A stretch of 64,000 nucleotides of DNA from the NCBI GenBank assembly GCA_947625685.1, contig CANQPK010000002.1, positions 839 to 64,838 of the forward strand, read 5' to 3'. A program made the translations under genes and the position numbers. Source of the DNA: an uncultured Clostridia bacterium. Lineage in GTDB: Bacteria > Bacillota > Clostridia > TANB77 > CAG-508. Below are positions 38,843 to 47,097 of the stretch, in pieces. The notes under the pieces were generated by a model. That model worked only from the letters and a program-made list of their open reading frames with translations, did no database searches and was not told where the DNA came from. The first letter of the stretch is position 1. Each line of letters starts with the position of its first letter.

Positions 38843-39268
38843 TTATTTAGAAACTATAGCTTTTACACCTTCTATTGCTTCAACTTTTACTTTATCACCT
38901 TCAACAAATTCTTCATTATTTTTAGATGTTGCAGTCCATTTTTCAGAACCAACTTGTATTTGTCCTACTTTTGTTGCAGGATCAAAGCTTTTAGTAACAA
39001 TAGCTTCTTTGCCAATTATAGAATAGGCATTAGTTGTAAGTTTAGTTTCTTTATCATTTACAAATTTATCTACAAATGGTCTTGTAAGTAATAAAAGCAA
39101 ACAAGATGCAATTACAAATACTGTCATTTGAATAAATAAATTAGATGTAAATAAACTGACTATACAAGCTATAACTGCAGCAACGCCTAACCAAAAGATC
39201 ATAAAACCAACAGTTATCATTTCTGCAATAAAGAAAACACCTGCTGCTATTAACCAAATATACCACAT
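38843..39268 (-). CDS. NfeD-family membrane protein
   Basis: 141 aa with three TM helices and a C-terminal OB-fold. Upstream partner of the SPFH gene, the classic nfeD-SPFH operon. Confidence 0.85.
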   Translation of the reverse strand: MWYIWLIAAGVFFIAEMITVGFMIFWLGVAAVIACIVSLFTSNLFIQMTVFVIASCLLLLLTRPFVDKFVNDKETKLTTNAYSIIGKEAIVTKSFDPATKVGQIQVGSEKWTATSKNNEEFVEGDKVKVEAIEGVKAIVSK

Positions 39269-39458
39269 AATAAATCCCCCTTGAGTGAGCTAAGGTAAGC
39301 TCTATTATAATATATTTAAAGTGCTTGTAAAATTCTCCAATATCTATTATACTACATTTTTCTTGAAAAATAAAGTATTTTTTCTAAATATTTACATAAA
39401 ATTAGAAAATTCAAAATAACAAATAGCTTAAATAAAAAATATTATTGTAAATTATATA

Positions 39459-40403
39459 TTAGTCAAGATTTTCCACATATTCATTTTTAGAAAAAGCAAT
39501 AATACTTCTAAATAATATTGGGAATAAGAGAAGTCCTAATCCGAAGAAGAAACCATGCCCAAAACTTTTACTAAGCTCGAATCTTGCAATTATAGCAACA
39601 GCCAAAAGCATAATCCAGCCAAGTATAGGTATTAAAACAAGTAAAAGTAGCCAAGGTGAAAGATGGCAAACTTTTAAATGTACTACATCTCTATAAATTG
39701 GAATGATTGTAGCAAAGGCATGTTTGCCGGCCTTTTTAAATATAAGTGCAGTTACAAATATTGAATATACTGCTACAATTAATAAAATAATCAATGTACC
39801 TTTAACATATTTATTAGATAATAGTAATTTGAAAATAATATTTATCTTAGCTTGCATTGATGTACCAGTAATTACACTAGACATTATATCTTCTAATGAT
39901 GCATCATTATTATAAAGAGATACAATTTCATCCATATCTAAATCATTTTTAACAACATCTACTATTGCATCAGTATCAAAATTTCTAAATATTGATTCTG
40001 CAGCAGAAAGCGCTGAGTCACTCATTCCAGCTCTATTTAAAAGATTAGAATTATCCTCAATTAAGTTAGCGATTTCTTCATTTGAAACAACATTTGATAG
40101 TTCATTATAAATATCAAGAAATGTATCCATATTAACTGAATTGGTATTTACTGTATTATTAGAAACTTTATTAACCTCAGAGACAATTTCTTTTATCTCC
40201 GATTCACTAAGTTTTTCTTCTATATTACTTAAAGCTTTTTTTAAATCATCTTTTTTTGATTCATCAATACTATTTAAATCAAGAGCATTTATATTAATAT
40301 TTTTTATCATTGAAGATGAAAGAGCCAAAGAAGATACAGAAGGGATAAGTATCAATAAAGCAATAATTAGGCAAAATATTTTTGTATATTTTCTCATATT
40401 CAA
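39459..40403 (-). CDS. Signal-peptide protein with an acidic Asn/Ser/Asp-rich region and a C-terminal DUF5684-like membrane domain
   Basis: 314 aa. The C-terminus reads FKKAGKHAFATIIPIYRDVVHLKV...SKSFGHGFFFGLGLLLFPILF. Confidence 0.55.
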   Translation of the reverse strand: MNMRKYTKIFCLIIALLILIPSVSSLALSSSMIKNININALDLNSIDESKKDDLKKALSNIEEKLSESEIKEIVSEVNKVSNNTVNTNSVNMDTFLDIYNELSNVVSNEEIANLIEDNSNLLNRAGMSDSALSAAESIFRNFDTDAIVDVVKNDLDMDEIVSLYNNDASLEDIMSSVITGTSMQAKINIIFKLLLSNKYVKGTLIILLIVAVYSIFVTALIFKKAGKHAFATIIPIYRDVVHLKVCHLSPWLLLLVLIPILGWIMLLAVAIIARFELSKSFGHGFFFGLGLLLFPILFRSIIAFSKNEYVENLD

Positions 40404-40520
40404 ATCACTCCTTATATAATGTATATTTATATTTTAAAATATAAATGATTTAAAGTCAATTTTTAATATTGAAAATATCAAAGCTTTGTGCTAGAATAAA
40501 AAACGCAAGGGAGGAAAGCT

Positions 40521-41124
40521 ATGGAAATTATATATCGGAACAACAAATCAAGAAAAAAGAAATCAAGTGCAGTCATTTTTGCAATTTAATCATTATGATG
40601 TAAAGTTAATTACACTTAAGGAAATAGGATTTAATGAAGAAATTGATGAAAATGGAGAGACTTTTGAAGAGAACTCATTTATAAAAGCAAAAGCGGTAAA
40701 AGAATTTTGTATTAAAAATAATATAGAAAAAATAGTAGTTGCAGATGATGCAGGACTTGAAGTAAAGGCATTAGGTGGAAGACCAGGAGTGCATACTGCA
40801 AGATATGGAGGGGATCATGCTCCACAAAAAATAGTTCTAGATAAATTATTAGATGAAATGAAAGATGTACCAGAAGGAAAAAGAGATGCAAGCTTTAAAT
40901 GTGTACTAACAGCAATACTTTTAGATGGAAGCAAGATTGTATGCAAAGGCGAAACAAAAGGAAGAATTGCTATGGAATGTGGAACAATGGGAAAATTAAC
41001 TTTTGGACCAGTTTTAATTCCAGATGGATATAATAAAGTAATGAATGACTTAACAGAAGAAGAAATAGGACATACACATAGACAAAAAGCTTGGAAGGAG
41101 TTATTAGAAAAAATAAGCAACTAA
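40521..41124 (+). CDS. rdgB: dITP/XTP pyrophosphatase RdgB/HAM1 family (needs +1 at CGG 40536, codon 6)
   Basis: ATG 40521 follows GGGAGGAAA. MEIIY then CGG. The +1 frame continues GTTNQEKRNQVQSFLQFNHYDVKLITLKEIGFNEEIDENGETFEENSFIKAKAV...DDAGLEVKALGGRPGVHTARY and is contiguous with ORF 40567..41124. Confidence 0.8.
40536..40539 (+). other. CGG +1 recoding site (rdgB)
   Basis: Frame 0 reads TAT CGG AAC AAC AAA. Skipping C40536 gives GGA ACA ACA AAT CAA = IIY-G-TTNQ. Confidence 0.7.
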
Positions 41125-41173
41125 TTCTTTTTCAAACTTATTATATAAATTGGAAAGGAATGATTAATAAATA

Positions 41174-41716
41174 ATGAAATTTAAGAATTTAATAGGGCAT
41201 TTAAAAACAGTAATTAAACATAAATGGGTAGTATTTAAACTTTGTGTAAAAGCTGGAATTCCAATAAGAGGTATAGTTCATGATTTATCAAAATTTTCTC
41301 CAACAGAATTCTTTGAATCTGTAAAATATTATCAAGGAGGTAAAAGAAGTCCAATTGTTGGAGCAAGAAATGATAAAGGATATTCAGAAGCTTGGTTACA
41401 TCATGCAGGTAGAAATAAACATCATTTGCAATATTGGTATGATATAGATGTAGATAAACCGATAGTTATGCCATATAAGTATAGTGTAGAAATGATTTGC
41501 GATAAGCTAGCAGCAGGTATAGTTTATCAAGGCGAAAATTGGACAAAAGAATTTGAAATAAATTATTGGAATGAAAAGGAAAGTAATAAAAAATATGTTC
41601 ATCCAAAAATAAATAATTTTGTGACAGAAGTATTCACAGAAGTAAGCAAAAAAGGGATAGATGAAGTTATTACAAAGAAAAATTTAAGAAAATTATATGA
41701 TAAATATTGCAGATAA
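41174..41716 (+). CDS. Conserved hypothetical protein (DUF5662-like)
   Basis: 180 aa. HKWVVFKLCVKAGIPIRGIVHDLSKFSPTEF...WLHHAGRNKHHLQYW. Confidence 0.45.
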   Translation: MKFKNLIGHLKTVIKHKWVVFKLCVKAGIPIRGIVHDLSKFSPTEFFESVKYYQGGKRSPIVGARNDKGYSEAWLHHAGRNKHHLQYWYDIDVDKPIVMPYKYSVEMICDKLAAGIVYQGENWTKEFEINYWNEKESNKKYVHPKINNFVTEVFTEVSKKGIDEVITKKNLRKLYDKYCR

Positions 41717-41734
41717 AATAAGAAAAATAAAGCA

Positions 41735-41765
41735 GAATGACGAATCAATAAAGATTCGTCATTTT
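41735..41765 (+). terminator. Rho-independent terminator
   Basis: The stem gaatgacgaatc/gattcgtcatt is followed by a T run. Confidence 0.7.
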
Positions 41766-41870
41766 ACTAATAAAAAATGCATAAAATGACAAAAAAATGT
41801 TGACTTTTTTAATTGGTTGATATAGTATTTAGTTGTAATTATAAATAAAAGAATACAAAGGAGATAAAAA

Positions 41871-43238
41871 ATGAGAGAAACGATTAGATTATTATGTGCT
41901 ATATTAATTATAGCAGTAATTTTAGGAATTTGCACAAATGTAATAGCTACGAGTGCATCATTACCTGAAGCTTCTTCAGGTCCAGAAGAAGAAGATGAAG
42001 AAACAATTACAATAAGTGAAAGTGCAATAACTATAAAAGTAGACGAAACAAAGACATTAACTGCAACATCATCTGATGAAGAAGCAACGATAACTTGGGA
42101 AAGTGATACTGACACAGTTGCAACAGTAACAGGTGGAACAGTTAAAGGAATAAGTCCAGGAAGAGCAGTAATTACTGCGAAAGGAACAACAGCAACAGCT
42201 ATTTGCACAGTAACAGTAGAAGCAAAAGAAGAACCAGAAGAAACACTAACATGGGCAGATTTTTCAAAAGCCAAAGTAAGCTTAACAGCTAACAAAGAAT
42301 TAATATCTTCAGCCGAATTAACAATCACAGATGTAAAGCTACAAGAAGATAGTGACTATTATGCTATTATTACTTCTAGTAATAGTAAACCAGATTTTGT
42401 AGAAATACCAGAAATGTCAAAAGATATTATAAATTTAAAACATAATGAAAATGATCTTACTAAACTTGATACATTATCTCATACGGCGCTTGATAAATAT
42501 GTAGAATTAAATCAAGATTTATATTTATGGGTTGTTGAAAGGCAATATGTAGCAGGAACTGGAAAAGTACAAAAATTTGTATTATCAGGAACAAAATTGA
42601 CAAGATATGAAGAGCCTAAATATTCAGATGCATTTTTTGCAACTCATATAACAAGTGAAGGAGATCAAATAGTAACAAAATTTACTAGTTCCGGAACAGC
42701 TGATAGAAAATTGCAAATAAAGATAGGGAAAATTACAGACACATCAATTTTAAAAAAGATAAAAAATAAAGATAGTTCAGGTTTTGGAGATTTAATGAGA
42801 TTTGCAAAATCAAATAAAGGATTTTACGATAAAACTTCAACATTAGAAGCTAATTCATATGCAATTGAATATTGTGCTGGCACATCGGCATCTGGAAGCA
42901 AACTACCTCTAATAGATATAGGAAACGAATTGACAGATGGAGCATATTACTATTTATATGTAAAAGCTGATAATGAAAATGGAAAATATGTTGATCAAGA
43001 AGCTGTTACATTAGCAACAGCACAGGTTTTCCCAGAACAAAAAACTTGGTTTATGTTCTTCTATGGAGATGAAGATTTTAAATGGGCGGATTTTGCTGAA
43101 TCAGGTTCAAGTGATAATACACAAATGCCAGGAACATTACCACAAACAGGACAAGCAGTATTAATTCCTATATCAGTAGTTGGAGCAATTAGTGTTGCAA
43201 TATTCTTTGCTAGAAAATATAAAAAATATGAATTTTAA
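41871..43238 (+). CDS. LPXTG-anchored surface protein with a Big_2 Ig-like domain
   Basis: 455 aa with a signal peptide. Big_2 segment ITIKVDETKTLTATSSDEEATITWESDTDTVATVTGGTVKGISPGRAVITAKG. C-terminal LPQTGQ plus a TM segment and ARKYKKY. Confidence 0.8.
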   Translation: MRETIRLLCAILIIAVILGICTNVIATSASLPEASSGPEEEDEETITISESAITIKVDETKTLTATSSDEEATITWESDTDTVATVTGGTVKGISPGRAVITAKGTTATAICTVTVEAKEEPEETLTWADFSKAKVSLTANKELISSAELTITDVKLQEDSDYYAIITSSNSKPDFVEIPEMSKDIINLKHNENDLTKLDTLSHTALDKYVELNQDLYLWVVERQYVAGTGKVQKFVLSGTKLTRYEEPKYSDAFFATHITSEGDQIVTKFTSSGTADRKLQIKIGKITDTSILKKIKNKDSSGFGDLMRFAKSNKGFYDKTSTLEANSYAIEYCAGTSASGSKLPLIDIGNELTDGAYYYLYVKADNENGKYVDQEAVTLATAQVFPEQKTWFMFFYGDEDFKWADFAESGSSDNTQMPGTLPQTGQAVLIPISVVGAISVAIFFARKYKKYEF

Positions 43239-43279
43239 TTGAAAATTGAAAACAAAGAAATGAATAAGGACTAATGAAT

Positions 43280-43331
43280 AAGAGTGCTTTAATAAACTTT
43301 ACTTTTAAGTAAAGATATTAAGCACTCTTTT
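43280..43331. terminator. Long bidirectional terminator hairpin
   Basis: The stem aagagtgctttaata...tattaagcactctt has an inner pair ctttac/gtaaag. Confidence 0.7.
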
Positions 43332-43366
43332 AGTTTGCTAAAATTTTTATAAAAATGATTTGAATT

Positions 43367-43549
43367 TTATTCATACAAATCAGGCTCGTACAAATCTTCT
43401 ATATAAACATCTTTATCACCAGAACCATCAATAAAACCAACAGTTGCAATGTTATCATTTACTTCTTGTATCCAGACAGGTCTATCATCATACAAAACTT
43501 CACTTTTTTCTTTGTTTTTTAAAATTTCATGTATTCTTTGAATATTCAT
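43367..43549 (-). CDS. sspH: Small acid-soluble spore protein, H-type
   Basis: 60 aa. MNIQRIHEILKNKEKSEVLYDDRPVWIQEVNDN... resembles the SspH family N-terminal pattern. Confidence 0.6.
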   Translation of the reverse strand: MNIQRIHEILKNKEKSEVLYDDRPVWIQEVNDNIATVGFIDGSGDKDVYIEDLYEPDLYE

Positions 43550-43742
43550 AAAAAAACCTCCTAAAATAAAAGCATATTAAAATTCTGCTTTCTAATTTAA
43601 AAATTTTTCAAAACATTAATTTAAATAAAATATGTCCTTAAAAACAGTATATACAAGTTTTGGACAAAATATAACTTTGAATGCATAATTTTTTATTTAT
43701 GACAAATAATAGTTTTAAAGTAAATTAAAAGGAGGAATAGTT

Positions 43743-44298
43743 TTGAAAGCAACAGGTGTAGTTAGAAGAATAGATGATTTAGGAAGAATAGTAATTCCAA
43801 AAGAAATAAGAAAAGTACTTCGAATAAAAGAACGGTGATCCACTTGAAATCTTCACTGATAAAGAAGGAGAAGTGATCTTAAAAAAATATTCTCCTATTG
43901 GTGAACTTTCAGAATTTGCAACTGGATATGCAGAAACATTATCGAAGACAACAGGACATATAGCTTGTATAACAGATAAAGATACAGTAATTGCTGTATC
44001 TGGTGGCTCAAAAAAAGAATTTTTAGAGCAAGACTTATCTAAAGAATTAGAACAGTTAATGGATGATAAAGAAATATATATAAGCAAAGATAATAATGAA
44101 GTATCTATTCCAGTTGTAAAAAATGACAATAAGGAAAGAAGATTTAATTCACAAGTTGTATACCCAATAATAGCCCAAGGAGATGTTATAGGAAGTGTTA
44201 TTCTTTTATCAAAAGATCCAAAGACAAAAATGGGAGAAACAGAGGCAAAGGTTGCCCAATCAGCAGCAGGTTTTTTAGGAAGTCAAATGGATATATAG
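43743..44298 (+). CDS. spoVT: Stage V sporulation transcription factor SpoVT (AbrB-type; needs +1 at CGG 43833)
   Basis: TTG 43743 follows AAGGAGGAA. MKATGVVRRIDDLGRIVIPKEIRKVLRIKE, then CGG TGA. The +1 frame continues GDPLEIFTDKEGEVILKKYSPIGELSEFA... and is contiguous with ORF 43873..44298 (GAF-like C-domain). Confidence 0.88.
43833..43836 (+). other. CGG +1 recoding site (spoVT; CGG directly followed by frame-0 TGA)
   Basis: Frame 0 reads GAA CGG TGA. Skipping C43833 gives GGT GAT CCA CTT GAA = RIKE-G-DPLEIF. Confidence 0.78.
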
Positions 44299-44310
44299 CA
44301 AAAGAAAAAT

Positions 44311-44345
44311 ATCTTAAGACTTAAAGGTCTTAGGGTATTTTTTCT
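44311..44345 (+). terminator. Rho-independent terminator after spoVT
   Basis: The stem cttaagac/gtcttagg is followed by tattttttc. Confidence 0.65.
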
Positions 44346-44358
44346 TGCCAAATATACA

Positions 44359-44387
44359 TTGACAACTAGTTTGAAAATAAGTATAAT
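44359..44387 (+). promoter_or_regulatory. Consensus sigma-A promoter upstream of recG
   Basis: TTGACA (44359-44364), a 17-nt spacer, then TATAAT (44382-44387). It sits about 145 nt upstream of the recG ATG. Confidence 0.55.
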
Positions 44388-44534
44388 TAAACTATTGATG
44401 AAAGGGATAATATAACCTGCAAGCATACATGAAAGTTATTTATGTATCAAGTGTAATAATTAAAAAAAATAGACCTAAATTTAGATAAATATCTATGATA
44501 AACAAAGATAGAGACAAAGCTAAAGAGGTGAAAA

Positions 44535-46583
44535 ATGGATTTAAGTAAAAATGTTCAATACATAAAAGGCGTTGGAGAAGAAAGAAGCAAAGTATTAAAT
44601 AGATTAGGAATATTTACTTTAGAAGATTTAATTACATATTATCCAAGAGACTATGAAGATAGAAGTAAGGTAAAGAATCTTGAGGACACGATAGATGGAG
44701 AAGAAACTTTAATTAAAGCAACTGTTGTGACTAAAATGCAAGTTATTTCCACAAGAAATAGAAGAATGAAAATTTGTAAAATGATAGTAAGAGATGAAAC
44801 AGATGCTTGTGAGGTAGTCTGGTATAATCAACCATATCTAAAACAAAGATTTCAAATAGGAGAGGAATATAACTTATTTGGAAAAATATCAAAAGGAAAT
44901 GGTCATATAGTAATGAATTCACCTGTATTTGACAAAGATGGAATCAGTAGTAATACAGGAAAAATAATACCAATATATCCTCTTACATATAAAATTTCCC
45001 AAAATCAGATAAGAAAAATTATAGAAAACGGTTTAAGCTTAGTTCAAAACAATTTAGAAGAAACTATGCCAGAGTACATTTTGAAAGAATATGGTTTATT
45101 AGATATAAACTCAGCAGTACATAAAATACATTTTCCTGAAACTTTTGAAGAATTTGAAAAGGCTAGGTATAGACTTGCATTTGAAGAATTGCTAATAATG
45201 CAGTTATTACTTTTAAATTTAAAGAACAAGGCTATGAAAAAAGAAAGTGGAATAGCTTTTGATAAAAATATAAAAATGTCTGATGTTATAAATAGACTTC
45301 CATTTAAACTAACAAAAGCACAACTAAGAGCCATAGAAGAAATAGATAGGGACATGGAATCTGATAGGTCTATGAATAGACTTCTTCAAGGAGATGTAGG
45401 TTCAGGAAAAACAGTTGTTGCAATAATTGCAGCATATAAAGCAGTGAAATCAGGATATCAAATGGCAATAATGGCTCCAACTTCAATTCTTGCATCCCAG
45501 CATTTAGAAAGTTTTACAGAAATTCTTGAACCTCTTGGAATAAGATGTGAATTGTTAATAAGTAATATGCCTGCTAAAAAGAAAAGAAAAGTATTGGAAG
45601 AAATTGCAAACGGAAAAATAGATGTAGTTATTGGAACTCATTCAATTTTGCAAGAGAATGTTCAATTTAAAAACTTAGGACTTGTAATTACCGATGAACA
45701 ACACAGATTTGGAGTGAATCAAAGGAAAATTATAAGTAAAAAAGGGAAAAATGTGGATAAATTAGTAATGACAGCAACTCCAATTCCAAGAACTTTAGCT
45801 CTTATTTTATATGGAGATTTGGATATTTCTATCATAGACGAACTTCCACCAAACAGAAAGAAAATAGATACATTCGCAGTTGGACTTTCTTTTGAGGATA
45901 GAGTAAATAACTTTATAAAAAAACAAGTTAATGAGGGAAGACAAGCTTACATTGTATGCCCACTTGTAGAAGAAAACGAGGATATTGATGCAAAATCTGT
46001 ATTGGAATTATTTGAAAAATATAAAACTCAAGTTTTTAGCGAATATAGGGTAGAATATATACATGGAAAATTAAAACAAAAAGAAAAAGACGAAATAATG
46101 GAAAAGTTTAAAAATGGCGAAATTGATATTTTAATTTCGACAACAGTTATAGAAGTTGGCGTAAATGTACCAAATGCTACTATAATGGTAATTCAAAATG
46201 CAGAAAGATTTGGATTAGCTGCACTTCATCAATTAAGAGGAAGAGTCGGAAGAGGAGAATATCAATCATATTGCATACTTAAATATCAAGGAAAATCTGA
46301 TAATGTAAGAGAGAGAATGAAAGTAATGCAAGAGACGAATGATGGATTTGTAATATCTGAAAAAGACCTAGAATTAAGAGGCTCTGGAGAGTTTTTTGGA
46401 ACTAAACAACATGGAATTCCAGATTTTAAAGTAGCAAATCTTTTTGAGGATATGGAGATTTTAAAAAAAGTTCAATCATTAGCCATTAAAATTATAAATT
46501 ATGATGAAAACTTAGAAAAAGATGAAAATATTTTACTAAAAAAAGCAATAAATAAAAAATTTGACGGAAATATAGAAATATAA
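44535..46583 (+). CDS. recG: ATP-dependent DNA helicase RecG
   Basis: 682 aa with a wedge domain and helicase motifs GDVGSGKT, DEQHRFG and QLRGRVGRG. Confidence 0.95.
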   Translation: MDLSKNVQYIKGVGEERSKVLNRLGIFTLEDLITYYPRDYEDRSKVKNLEDTIDGEETLIKATVVTKMQVISTRNRRMKICKMIVRDETDACEVVWYNQPYLKQRFQIGEEYNLFGKISKGNGHIVMNSPVFDKDGISSNTGKIIPIYPLTYKISQNQIRKIIENGLSLVQNNLEETMPEYILKEYGLLDINSAVHKIHFPETFEEFEKARYRLAFEELLIMQLLLLNLKNKAMKKESGIAFDKNIKMSDVINRLPFKLTKAQLRAIEEIDRDMESDRSMNRLLQGDVGSGKTVVAIIAAYKAVKSGYQMAIMAPTSILASQHLESFTEILEPLGIRCELLISNMPAKKKRKVLEEIANGKIDVVIGTHSILQENVQFKNLGLVITDEQHRFGVNQRKIISKKGKNVDKLVMTATPIPRTLALILYGDLDISIIDELPPNRKKIDTFAVGLSFEDRVNNFIKKQVNEGRQAYIVCPLVEENEDIDAKSVLELFEKYKTQVFSEYRVEYIHGKLKQKEKDEIMEKFKNGEIDILISTTVIEVGVNVPNATIMVIQNAERFGLAALHQLRGRVGRGEYQSYCILKYQGKSDNVRERMKVMQETNDGFVISEKDLELRGSGEFFGTKQHGIPDFKVANLFEDMEILKKVQSLAIKIINYDENLEKDENILLKKAINKKFDGNIEI

Positions 46584-46686
46584 CAAAAAAATAACAAAAA
46601 TTACTTGATATTTTTTGAAGATTATTGTATGATATTATATGTAAAATTAAAACTAAAAATATATTTAGGAATAAGGGGAAACAAAA

Positions 46687-47094
46687 ATGAAAAAAATAAT
46701 AGTGTTTACATTAATAATTTTGTCAATAGTAATGTTATATGCAAGTCAAGTATTTGCTACAGATGAGATTTTAAATTCATCTACAACAAGTTCCTTAATT
46801 AAAATTTCTGAAGATCAAAAGAAAGATTTGCAAGGATTTATTGACCTTTATGATGGTTCAGAAACTTACGGATTCACAGCATTTGTATTAGACAAAATAA
46901 GAATCTTTAGTATTCCATTTTGTTTTTTAGGAGTAGTAATAAGTGCCGTATATCAATATGTAATTGGTATAAGGAAACTAGATGTAAGATATAAAGGTTT
47001 TTATACAATGATAGCCTTTATTACATTATTTGTTATTGCACAAGTATTACCACTTGTATTTGTAATAGTAATAAAAGGATTTGGAAGGAGTTAA
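46687..47094 (+). CDS. Hypothetical membrane protein (signal peptide plus two TM helices)
   Basis: 135-aa ORF with an AGGGGA RBS. First gene of a tightly packed trio (46687-50340). Confidence 0.5.
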   Translation: MKKIIVFTLIILSIVMLYASQVFATDEILNSSTTSSLIKISEDQKKDLQGFIDLYDGSETYGFTAFVLDKIRIFSIPFCFLGVVISAVYQYVIGIRKLDVRYKGFYTMIAFITLFVIAQVLPLVFVIVIKGFGRS

Positions 47095-47097
47095 CGA

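Noticed and set aside
43683-43710. A sigma-G/sigma-F-type promoter upstream of spoVT (GCATA ... CAAATAAT)
   Set aside because: The spacing of about 15 nt and the -10 match are too weak to call by eye in AT-rich sequence.
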